A DNA stretch of 20,458 nt. Source: an uncultured archaeon. GTDB taxonomy: Archaea > Asgardarchaeota > Thorarchaeia > Thorarchaeales > Thorarchaeaceae. Below are positions 7,835 to 16,380 of the stretch, piece after piece. The DNA lies in NCBI GenBank assembly GCA_964590575.1, contig CAZPWM010000054.1:1-20458 (forward strand). Direction: 5' to 3'. The notes beneath the pieces were generated by a model, which worked only from the letters and a program-made list of their open reading frames with translations, was not told the DNA's origin and searched no databases. Position numbers and translations under genes: made by a program. Numbering within the stretch: the first letter of the stretch is position 1; each line of letters begins with the position of its first letter.

Positions 7835-8192
7835 GCTAGGGAAGAAACAACGTCGAACACTCGCAGAGCGGGCAGAGTCAATCTTCAAATTCATAGATAT
7901 ACAACCTGAACCATTCCCAAAATCAGAGTTCCAACGGATTGGTCTCAATCCCTCCACAGCAGAGAGTTGGGTTCGCCTCATCGAATATATCCAAAGTCAA
8001 CCTATGATAAAAGTCACAAGAATGGGATCATCAACATATATTGAGAAAATCGAGAATAGATACCTGAGCATGATGAGGAGAAGAATTCTAAATCCAAAAT
8101 TGTCTTTGAAAGAGAGAAATGATGCTATGAGAGATTACATCAATGCTCTCATGACACTAGAAACAATAGAAGATGGGAGAATCAAGAAGTAA
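7833..8192 (+). CDS. Small basic protein, probable winged-HTH transcriptional regulator
   Basis: Helix, then FPKSEFQRIGLNPSTAESWVRLIEYIQ (HTH-like spacing), a beta-hairpin-like IKVTRMGSSTYIE and a C-terminal helix pair. Divergent from the eutA-like pair. Confidence 0.6.
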   Translation: MLGKKQRRTLAERAESIFKFIDIQPEPFPKSEFQRIGLNPSTAESWVRLIEYIQSQPMIKVTRMGSSTYIEKIENRYLSMMRRRILNPKLSLKERNDAMRDYINALMTLETIEDGRIKK

Positions 8193-8271
8193 TGGATTCC
8201 TCCTCTACTCTGGAGAACGCAGACAAACAGAGCGCTTATCTATCAATGAAAGCATCACCTAATTGAGAAAC

Positions 8272-9375
8272 ATGACACATAGTCTGATTCACCATGAAGA
8301 TTTACTCGTTTTCACACAACAGGTAATGATGAAAATGGGAGCATCCAAAGCGAATGCATTTTGTGTCGCGGATAATCTTGTGGCATCCAACCTCCGAGGG
8401 ATTGATTCTCATGGAGTTGGCAGACTCAAAAGATATGTTGAAGGAATCAAGACCGGGTATATACTCCCTGATGCAGAACCTGTTATAGAAAAGGAAACAC
8501 TTGTCATTGCAAACATCAATGCGATGAATGGATTAGGACAACCTGCAGGTGTCTTTGGTATAAAGAAAGCAATTGAAAAGGCAATGAACACAGGAGTGGG
8601 GATTGTTACGGTCTTTAATTCCAATCACTATGGTTTTGCTGGCTATTACGCGATGATGGCATTAGAACATGACTTAATCGGAATCTCAATGACAAATTCA
8701 GAACCACTTGTTGTTCCCACTTTCAGCAGGAATGCAATGATTGGGACTAATCCCATCGCTTTTGCTGCTCCCACAAAGACTGAAAGACCATGGGTCATGG
8801 ACCTAGCGACGAGTGTTGTACCAAGTGGTAAGCTTGAGGTCTATGACAGGAATAGTAAGAAAATTCCATTAGGATGGGCAACAGATGAAACTGGTCACAG
8901 CACCGATAATCCAGCACAAGTCCTGAAGAATCTCTATCGAGGTTTCGGTGAGGGAGGGATTTTCCCACTAGGTGGCGAAGGTGAGCTTCATGGTGGCCAT
9001 AAAGGATATGGCTTGGCAACAATGGTAGATGTTCTTTGTGGAGTAATGTCTGGTGGTAATTATCTCCGGGATCTGAAATTCTTTAAAGACGGAAAACCAA
9101 GCCATCCCAGAATCGGGCATTTCTTCATGGCACTAGACCCATCATACTTCATCGACATTGATTCATTCAAAGCTAGAATGGATGATATGATTATTCGTCT
9201 GAAGAGTGCTGAGAAAGCTGAGGGGCAGGGAAGGATTTTCGTTCATGGAGAGAAAGAGTTCGAAGAACATGACCGTCGTGCAGGAAATGGTATTCATCTT
9301 GATCAGAAGACTGTAGAGAGTTTGTCAGAACTGTCAAAGGAGTTCTCAATTGACCTTCAATTCATGGATTTATAG
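8272..9375 (+). CDS. Ldh_2 family (malate/L-lactate/ureidoglycolate/sulfolactate dehydrogenase-like) oxidoreductase
   Basis: LRGIDSHGVGRL, NSNHYGFAGYY, GTNPIAFAAP, DLATS, PLGG...HKGYGLA and RIFVHGEKE are hallmark motifs. ATG 8272 preferred over TTG 8263. Confidence 0.93.
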   Translation: MTHSLIHHEDLLVFTQQVMMKMGASKANAFCVADNLVASNLRGIDSHGVGRLKRYVEGIKTGYILPDAEPVIEKETLVIANINAMNGLGQPAGVFGIKKAIEKAMNTGVGIVTVFNSNHYGFAGYYAMMALEHDLIGISMTNSEPLVVPTFSRNAMIGTNPIAFAAPTKTERPWVMDLATSVVPSGKLEVYDRNSKKIPLGWATDETGHSTDNPAQVLKNLYRGFGEGGIFPLGGEGELHGGHKGYGLATMVDVLCGVMSGGNYLRDLKFFKDGKPSHPRIGHFFMALDPSYFIDIDSFKARMDDMIIRLKSAEKAEGQGRIFVHGEKEFEEHDRRAGNGIHLDQKTVESLSELSKEFSIDLQFMDL

Positions 9376-9398
9376 CATGGAAAGTTTCACATACCACC

Positions 9399-9773
9399 TT
9401 AAGCATGTGCATCAGGATCTTCCTGCATCATTCCGAAAGCATTGCCTTCCGGGTCCTTGAAATATGCAAGATAACCAACTCCATTGATGACTGTCTTTGG
9501 GAAAACAATCTCCCCACCAAGCTCACTGATTTTCTCGATTATCGAACCAATGTCCTGCACCTTAATCACGTTAGATATGTTGCTCCAACCTTCTTCCTTC
9601 TTGAAAAAAGACCCGTTTATACCAGCCTCGCCCTCATCCCCAGTCTTCACTGAATAGTATGGACCACCCGCTCGTTCAGTCTTCGTAACCTTCCAGCTGA
9701 ATACAGTTTCATAGAACTTCGTTGCCCTCTCAAAATCATCAACGGGTAGCTCAAAGTAATAGACTCGATTCAT
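9399..9773 (-). CDS. VOC / glyoxalase-bleomycin resistance family protein
   Basis: YFELPVDDFERATKFYETVFSW...GGEIVFPKTVINGVGYLAYFKDPEGNAFGMMQ. ATG 9773 follows a GAGGT SD. Confidence 0.92.
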   Translation of the reverse strand: MNRVYYFELPVDDFERATKFYETVFSWKVTKTERAGGPYYSVKTGDEGEAGINGSFFKKEEGWSNISNVIKVQDIGSIIEKISELGGEIVFPKTVINGVGYLAYFKDPEGNAFGMMQEDPDAHA

Positions 9774-9917
9774 TGGTTGACTAACCTCTTGTAACAAAGG
9801 AAATATCATATTAACTATATTTAATATTTTCTACTAGTCGAAAGCTGATATTAAATGTGAAGAGCAATCATAGTCGCGGGAGGAACCTTCCATTCTATTC
9901 CATGTAGAACAGGAAAA

Positions 9918-10883
9918 TTACCTCATTTCAAGAGAGAGCGTAGATATTGTCTCCATCTGTTCTGATGAAAGGGAAATCCTCATAGATTCAGCATTCTGTT
10001 CTGCTTGGTAGGTCTTACTGGCACCGGGTATTGCAATAACTGTGTCACCATGATAGTTCGTTGTCCAGTTCAATGCTACTTGTGCAACTGTGGCGTTATG
10101 CTCCGAAGCAATTGCCTCAAGTGCTTCAATCAGTTTCTGACTTTTCTTCAGACCACTACGAAGACGATTCCTCCGCATCCGAGGCATCACATCAAGTAGC
10201 TCAGGATTGCTATGAAGCTTGCCAGTCAGTACTCCTTGACCTAATGGAGTATAAGCCATGATGGTGATTCCAAGTTCCTTTGCGGTTTCCAAAGTACCAT
10301 TGAACTCAATCCCACGTTTCAGAAGGGAGAAATTGACCTGATTGACTGCGAGTGGAATTCCTCTATCAGCAAGTGCCTCATGAGATTTGATCATCCGTTC
10401 ATTCGAGAAGTTACTTACACCAACCGCGCGGATTTTACCTGAATCCACTAAGTTAGCCATCTCATCCATCTGGGTCTTAATGGATGAAATTGAAAGAGGC
10501 ATATGAACAAGATAGAGGTCAATCGGGTAGGGTTCTAGTCTTTTCGTGCTCTTCTCAGCAGACTTCGGAAGGGATATAGCCCTCTTGAGCAGTGGGAACC
10601 ATTTGGTTGAGATGACCACATCTCCAGGAGTTTTTCCAGCAGCTATCAAGCCACGTGCTACAGAACATTCCGAATATCCGGAGCCATAAATCTCAGCTGT
10701 ATCAACCAAATTCATTCCAGAGTCAAGTGCGACTTTTACGACTGCATCTTGGGTTTCAGGTTCCACAGGACCTAGCATGTACTTGAAGAAGCCTTTTCCA
10801 CCAGCAAACTCCATCGCACCAAGACCGATAGGAGTGACTTGTATGTCAGTCTTGCCAAGTCGACGTTTCACTATATCGTTCAT
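9918..10883 (-). CDS. Aldo/keto reductase
   Basis: RRLGKTDIQVTPIGLG, DTAEIYGSG, ISTK, IDLYLVH, GKIRAVGVSNF, NQVNFSLL, AYTPLGQG, IPGAS. Confidence 0.95.
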   Translation of the reverse strand: MNDIVKRRLGKTDIQVTPIGLGAMEFAGGKGFFKYMLGPVEPETQDAVVKVALDSGMNLVDTAEIYGSGYSECSVARGLIAAGKTPGDVVISTKWFPLLKRAISLPKSAEKSTKRLEPYPIDLYLVHMPLSISSIKTQMDEMANLVDSGKIRAVGVSNFSNERMIKSHEALADRGIPLAVNQVNFSLLKRGIEFNGTLETAKELGITIMAYTPLGQGVLTGKLHSNPELLDVMPRMRRNRLRSGLKKSQKLIEALEAIASEHNATVAQVALNWTTNYHGDTVIAIPGASKTYQAEQNAESMRISLSSEQMETISTLSLEMR

Positions 10884-10889
10884 TATCAA

Positions 10890-11891
10890 TCAAAGTTTCT
10901 TCTCAATGACTGCTTTTAATCGCTCATATGTGTCCCCTGCTTTAGAGAAAGGACAGACTTTGACACAAATTGAACATCCATAGTATTGTGCGAAGTATTC
11001 GAAGCATTCCTGTTGTTTGATGTTGGTGACTCTTCCAGTGTCATGAGTCACAGTTCCTTCGAGGATGGCTTGAGGGGGGCATTGTTTGACGCACAATCCA
11101 CAATTTTTACAGTATTCATCAATCCATTCATGGGTATTCGAATCCACAAAGGGCAGATTTTCAATACTTGTATAGACTGCAGCTAATCTCACTCTGGGTC
11201 CAAACTCAGGAGTGATCAAGAGACCGTGCTTTCCAACCCAACCAATTCCAGCTTTTTGAGCTAGGGGAGGAAACAGTACCAATCCACCAAGGGGATGGTC
11301 CGCCTGAGAGGCATATCCATGCTCTCGTAGAAACTCAGCAATCCTATTGGCAGCCTTTCCCAAGTCATCATAGGTTGCGAAGACCATGTTCATTGTTTCT
11401 TGGCTTGCTGCCTTGTCGATTTTTTCCTCACTCATCTCCATTGCCAAGATGATTGCATCGTCGAAGAGCGCACCCATTTTTTGGAAGATCAAGTCTTGAG
11501 GTAACTTGACAAACTCTAACACACCGACTCCTTGAGAATTAGCAAATTCTTTGAGTTGTTCAAGAAACTCAGGAGGAGCATTTTTCGATGCATCAACAGG
11601 ATTGTCTGAGATTGAATCAACAGAAAGGTGAATATTCTTCATGATTGAGAGTAGGCGTCTGATTGGAAAGATATGCCTTAGCTCAATGTCATCTCTTTCC
11701 TGCAAGAGATTCATCATCTCAAGGGGAATTTCAAACCTAGTTGGGGAGTCTGATGTTGGATGCAGTACATCGGGGAAATTATGGACTGATCTCTGTTTTG
11801 CAATCAATCTTGTGATTCTTGGTTTACCGAATACTCTAACAAATGAGGCTGTGAACTTGTGCTTGATTCCCAATTTGTCCAGTCTCTCCAT
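10890..11891 (-). CDS. Epoxyqueuosine reductase / reductive dehalogenase-like cobalamin-binding 2x[4Fe-4S] protein
   Basis: AQKAGIGWVGKHGLLITPEFGPRVRLAAVYT, CKNCGLCVKQCP and C-x9-CSICVKVCP. Confidence 0.85.
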   Translation of the reverse strand: MERLDKLGIKHKFTASFVRVFGKPRITRLIAKQRSVHNFPDVLHPTSDSPTRFEIPLEMMNLLQERDDIELRHIFPIRRLLSIMKNIHLSVDSISDNPVDASKNAPPEFLEQLKEFANSQGVGVLEFVKLPQDLIFQKMGALFDDAIILAMEMSEEKIDKAASQETMNMVFATYDDLGKAANRIAEFLREHGYASQADHPLGGLVLFPPLAQKAGIGWVGKHGLLITPEFGPRVRLAAVYTSIENLPFVDSNTHEWIDEYCKNCGLCVKQCPPQAILEGTVTHDTGRVTNIKQQECFEYFAQYYGCSICVKVCPFSKAGDTYERLKAVIEKKL

Positions 11892-11975
11892 TTTGATTGA
11901 GTGAGTATGCAGATTAAGATTATGTTGGTTTTATCCTTACCACACATCACCGCTACTTCCCCCTAATTGGTACAA

Positions 11976-11994
11976 GAAGGGGAAGTTCCCCTTC
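11976..11994. terminator. Inverted repeat just downstream of the 697-aa gene, possible terminator hairpin
   Basis: GAAGGGGAA-g-TTCCCCTTC, 7 nt past the minus-strand stop at 12002. Confidence 0.5.
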
Positions 11995-12001
11995 CTGCCA
12001 A

Positions 12002-14095
12002 TTAACAATTGGATGTGATGTAGACATACCAGCTGAAAGTTCCAGGCGTTGGATCCGAACAAACATATCCGAATCCGTATGCATGGTCGTTTATTGGATC
12101 ATCTAACTGTGGGTTGTTTAGAGGATCAGCTGATTTTGAGGCATAGAACACAGCAGCTTGGATATCACTGCCTTCTGTTTCCAGAGTGGCTCTGAACCAA
12201 GCCTGCACAATTGTGGTAGGTTGAAGAAGCGAAAGTCCTGTCATGTATAAGCCAAATTTACCGCCTCTCTCCTGAACATTATGACTTCCCGATGCAAAGG
12301 AGCAGACTTGATGGATGCCCTGGAGCGTTGGTGCCCATCTTGTGAACACATCATCACCATTCTTATTCTCCCATGCAAGCGGACTACACGCATCGAACAC
12401 AATAGTTTCAAGATCTCCATCACCTAGTCTCATATGAGGGATACTTAGCCAACCATCATCGTGTTGCGAGGTGAAGGTCACACCATCGGGATTCCCATGA
12501 TCCTGATAGTAGACAATGTCCACTGCATCAATCCATTCAGTGTCAGTTCCACTGAATTGAGCGTCCTTGAAATCTTCCTCCCAAGCTGACCATTCGCCCC
12601 AGTTGAACTCTCGATTAAATCCTCCAATTACGCCCATCCAATTGTAGAATCCCTCGATATTTTTCTCAGTGTTCCAGAGGGGATTATCAATGACAGACAT
12701 TCCGACCCACTCAATGCCTACCTCTTTGACACCGTCATCATAAGCACCAGAAGGTGCGCTAGGAGCGATTGTTCGGACACCAGAGCTATTGGTACTGGCA
12801 AATGTAACTGGGAGGAACATGAATGCCGAGAACATCATCAAAAGGAACAGAAGCACAAACCCACTGCGTCTTCTTCGGAGAACAAGAAGAGAAACTAAGA
12901 TAACCGCTACAGCTCCAACAGCAATAGTGAGTGTTGTATCCATAGCGAAATCGACTGATTCTATTGTAACAGCAATACAATCACTAGCTCCTCTGTTCTC
13001 TGCATCTCTGACCCTCACGGAGATAGCGTGGGGCACAGGATTGTCTTTCTTCAGTACTTCTGACAGTGATACAGTTGTGAAGGTTTTCGATGTGCTTAGA
13101 ACTCCATCAAAATCTGAGCCCCATTCATAGGTATATGGTGGAGTTCCGAATGAAACACTGCAATCAAAGGTAATGGATGTCCCGGGCATCATAGATATGC
13201 CACTTGATGGAGTCGTTATATGAACAACCGGATCGAAGAGGGTAGCATCAAAATAAATGATACTGTGAATTCCCGGTATCTCACCACTGTCATCCTCGAT
13301 AATCTCAATCTCCCAGACAGGATAGAGCAATTTTTTGTTTTCAGTATCATCATCATCCACGGTATACACAAGACGATGATCTACCACATTGTTTGTATTG
13401 ATTCCATGTGCTTCGAGGATTGATTCATATTCAATGAGAGAGGATCTTGCATATGCATCAGGCTTTGGTTCTCTCCACTTCCAATCGAATCCAATTATGC
13501 GGTCGTATGCACTTACTCCATCGCCAACTATGACTGAGATTTGCGCAGCTTCGCCTGTTATTGGTAGATCATTATAGACGAATTCGTAGTTCACTTGATA
13601 CTGAAGAATCTTGACTCGCAATCTTCTGTCATCAAGATTGTATGCGGAAACATTGGTCGAGCCAATATTCGCTAAAGCTGCATTATCTGGAAGTAGTCCA
13701 TTATCATCCAACCATGACCATGCGATTTCACCACAAGTGCCCGGTGAGGGTAAATCATTACCCAACGCAACATTCCAGAGCTTGTCATAATCCCCATACC
13801 ATATCGAACCATCCCGAGAATCAACTTCGAAGGATCTGTTCCCTGAGTTTACAATATACCTGCCTTCCTCCTCCTCTGGCAAGACATCTGCAAGTCCAAA
13901 GAGATTACGAGCTAGGTCTTGCGTGTAACTCAAGTTCACTTGAGGAGTTGTCAGTTCGAATATTGGAATTTCAGTCTGAGACAAGACAAATTTCGAAGAA
14001 TCAAAAACATCGATGCTTATTGGTGATACTACTTCATCGGAAACTGAAACCACCAATAAAATCATCATTATCAATAGAACTGCATCCCGCTTCAT
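12002..14095 (-). CDS. Secreted/membrane multidomain protein: signal peptide, N-terminal domain, PKD/Ig-like domain, TM pair, DUF6345-like C-terminal domain
   Basis: Signal MKRDAVLLIMMILLVVSVS; PKD-like GTSITFDCSVSFGTPPYTYEWGSDFDGVLS...ISVRVRDAE; DUF6345-like WEEDFKD...DAVDIVYYQDHG...RLGDGDLETIVFDACS...W.P...GIHQV. Confidence 0.72.
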   Translation of the reverse strand: MKRDAVLLIMMILLVVSVSDEVVSPISIDVFDSSKFVLSQTEIPIFELTTPQVNLSYTQDLARNLFGLADVLPEEEEGRYIVNSGNRSFEVDSRDGSIWYGDYDKLWNVALGNDLPSPGTCGEIAWSWLDDNGLLPDNAALANIGSTNVSAYNLDDRRLRVKILQYQVNYEFVYNDLPITGEAAQISVIVGDGVSAYDRIIGFDWKWREPKPDAYARSSLIEYESILEAHGINTNNVVDHRLVYTVDDDDTENKKLLYPVWEIEIIEDDSGEIPGIHSIIYFDATLFDPVVHITTPSSGISMMPGTSITFDCSVSFGTPPYTYEWGSDFDGVLSTSKTFTTVSLSEVLKKDNPVPHAISVRVRDAENRGASDCIAVTIESVDFAMDTTLTIAVGAVAVILVSLLVLRRRRSGFVLLFLLMMFSAFMFLPVTFASTNSSGVRTIAPSAPSGAYDDGVKEVGIEWVGMSVIDNPLWNTEKNIEGFYNWMGVIGGFNREFNWGEWSAWEEDFKDAQFSGTDTEWIDAVDIVYYQDHGNPDGVTFTSQHDDGWLSIPHMRLGDGDLETIVFDACSPLAWENKNGDDVFTRWAPTLQGIHQVCSFASGSHNVQERGGKFGLYMTGLSLLQPTTIVQAWFRATLETEGSDIQAAVFYASKSADPLNNPQLDDPINDHAYGFGYVCSDPTPGTFSWYVYITSNC

Positions 14096-14270
14096 GTGCT
14101 CAACCTCTTGCGTCTATCGCTTCTCGAGTTTCCCTCTCATGAGAAAGGAGTGTTCACAACTATAATCGCACCCTAAAAACCTCTCTAATCTTTTACCTAT
14201 GGTCTCAAAGATGCGTCCTTGTGTGATCGTCGAAAGACAATAATGGTAGTTAGTTTTTTTCTAACATACT

Positions 14271-16316
14271 ATGACCGCAGAACATTCCTACTTGGATGAG
14301 AAGACTGAGATTGAGAACAGGGTAACAGATCTTCTATCAAGACTCACAATGAAGGAGAAATTCATGCTTCTTACAAGTCATGGAAGAAGACGCATGTATA
14401 CAACCAAACCAATCAAGCGGCTAAAGATTCCTTCCTTCAAGATGACTGATGGTCCACTTGGGGTGGCGATGCACTCGAGTGGGTTCAAGAAGAACACGAG
14501 ATTTCCAGCCACGATCGCCCTTGCTGCTTCGTGGAATAGAGACCTCATGGGTGAAATCGGAGCTGCAATGGGAAGGGAGGTTAGGGCTGTTGGTCGACAC
14601 ATTCTCCTAGCACCGGGAATAAACATGGCTAGAACTCCATTAAACGGGAGGACTTTCGAGTACTTCAGTGAGGATCCATACCTGACCAAGGAGCTTGCCA
14701 TCCCCCTTGTTAAGGGTGTTCAAAGTCAACGTGTTGCTGCTTGCCTAAAGCACTACGCTGCCAACAATCAAGAGATAGACCGCATGACCTCTAGCTCTGA
14801 GGTTGATGAGCGGACACTAAACGAAATCTATCTTCGAGCGTTCAGAGCCACAGTGAAGGAAGCTGATCCTTGGGCTGTGATGACATGTTATAACATGGTG
14901 AATGGAGTTTATGGTTGCGAGAACAGCTATCTCCTTCAAGAAACACTGTTTGACAAATGGGGATTTGATGGGCTGGTCATGACCGATTGGTTGGCGTCAA
15001 GGAAGGCAAAAACAACTAAAGGATGCATAAACGCGGGTCTCACCCTTGAGATGCCTTGGGCGAGAGTGTATAAAACAAAGTCACTAGAAAAGGCATACAA
15101 GGAGCGTGAATTCACAGATAAAACTCTGGAAGATCGTGTGCGTAGAAACATCAGGGTGATGATGTTGACAGGTCTGTTCGATATACCAGAAAACTTGCCA
15201 ACGGGGGCTCGTAATACTCTAGAACATCAGCAGCTTGTTCGTCGAGCAGCTGAGGAAGGGATTGTTCTTCTGAAGAATGACGGAGATCTATTACCACTTG
15301 ATATTGAAAATCACAAGAGAATAAGTCTTCATGGTCCGAATTTACAGAAGAAATTTGGGAGATTATTGAGTGGGGGCTCGTCCGCTGTAAGTCCTCCATA
15401 TGAAGTTACTCCACTTGAAGGTCTTTCCAAGAAAGTGAAAGGTAAGGTGCAACTTGCAGTTGACGACAGATTGATGCAAGCTCTCTCTAAAGTTGCTATT
15501 ATATTCGCAGGATTGAATCATGGACGAGGAGGAGACTCTGAGTCTATGGACAGGAGCTCTTTACACCTTGATGAGAAACAGGTCAAAGAAATCAAGAGAG
15601 TCGCAAGTGAGCATCAACAGACGATTGTGTGTCTGATTGCCGGTAGTCCGATTACAATGGATGAATGGATAGATGATGTGGAAGCGGTCCTCATGTGTTG
15701 GTATGGAGGAATGGAAGCAGGTCATGCGATTGCTAACGTTCTGTTTGGAGATGTGAACCCCTCAGGAAAATTACCAATGACATTCCCAAAGCAGCTAGAA
15801 GATTCTCCAGCTCATAGCACTGGCAATCGAAGAAACTACCCTGGTGATGAGGAGAAGAGAATCTATTATGATGAGGGCATCTATATTGGATATCGTTGGT
15901 TCGACAACAAGAAGATTGAACCTCTTTTCCCATTTGGGTATGGAATGTCTTATACGAAGTTTGAGTATGGGGCAATCAATCTGAATAGACAATCTATTGG
16001 GAAGCCAGAAGATGCCCTAATAGTTGATGTTGATGTTACGAACATCGGTGAACGTGCAGGTTCAGAAGTCGTTCAAGTCTATGCCAGGGAGATTGATACA
16101 TCAGTAGCACGACCACCGCAAGAACTTGTAGGTTTCGAGAAAATCCAATTGAATCCAGGCGAAACAAAGACTGTGTCAGTTATCGTGAAGGCGGAAGACT
16201 TGGCATTCTATGATATAACAAGACACGAATGGATAATAGAACTTGGAGATTATAGAATCCTGGTAGGCAAGTCCTCTAGAGATATTCTAGGCAATGTGGA
16301 CTTCTCCTATATATGA
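14271..16316 (+). CDS. Glycoside hydrolase family 3 (beta-glucosidase/BglX-like), cytoplasmic, with C-terminal Fn3-like domain
   Basis: TDGPLGV, LAPGINMARTPLNGRTFEYFSEDP, KHYAANNQE, VMTDW (nucleophile Asp), VLLKN, NPSGKLPMTFP, PFGYGMSYTKF, EVVQVY. No signal peptide. Confidence 0.96.
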   Translation: MTAEHSYLDEKTEIENRVTDLLSRLTMKEKFMLLTSHGRRRMYTTKPIKRLKIPSFKMTDGPLGVAMHSSGFKKNTRFPATIALAASWNRDLMGEIGAAMGREVRAVGRHILLAPGINMARTPLNGRTFEYFSEDPYLTKELAIPLVKGVQSQRVAACLKHYAANNQEIDRMTSSSEVDERTLNEIYLRAFRATVKEADPWAVMTCYNMVNGVYGCENSYLLQETLFDKWGFDGLVMTDWLASRKAKTTKGCINAGLTLEMPWARVYKTKSLEKAYKEREFTDKTLEDRVRRNIRVMMLTGLFDIPENLPTGARNTLEHQQLVRRAAEEGIVLLKNDGDLLPLDIENHKRISLHGPNLQKKFGRLLSGGSSAVSPPYEVTPLEGLSKKVKGKVQLAVDDRLMQALSKVAIIFAGLNHGRGGDSESMDRSSLHLDEKQVKEIKRVASEHQQTIVCLIAGSPITMDEWIDDVEAVLMCWYGGMEAGHAIANVLFGDVNPSGKLPMTFPKQLEDSPAHSTGNRRNYPGDEEKRIYYDEGIYIGYRWFDNKKIEPLFPFGYGMSYTKFEYGAINLNRQSIGKPEDALIVDVDVTNIGERAGSEVVQVYAREIDTSVARPPQELVGFEKIQLNPGETKTVSVIVKAEDLAFYDITRHEWIIELGDYRILVGKSSRDILGNVDFSYI

Positions 16317-16380
16317 GATAAAGCGCTGTCTATCTTCATTGAATATAGATTTATGAGTTTAATCATGTGATTGACATACC

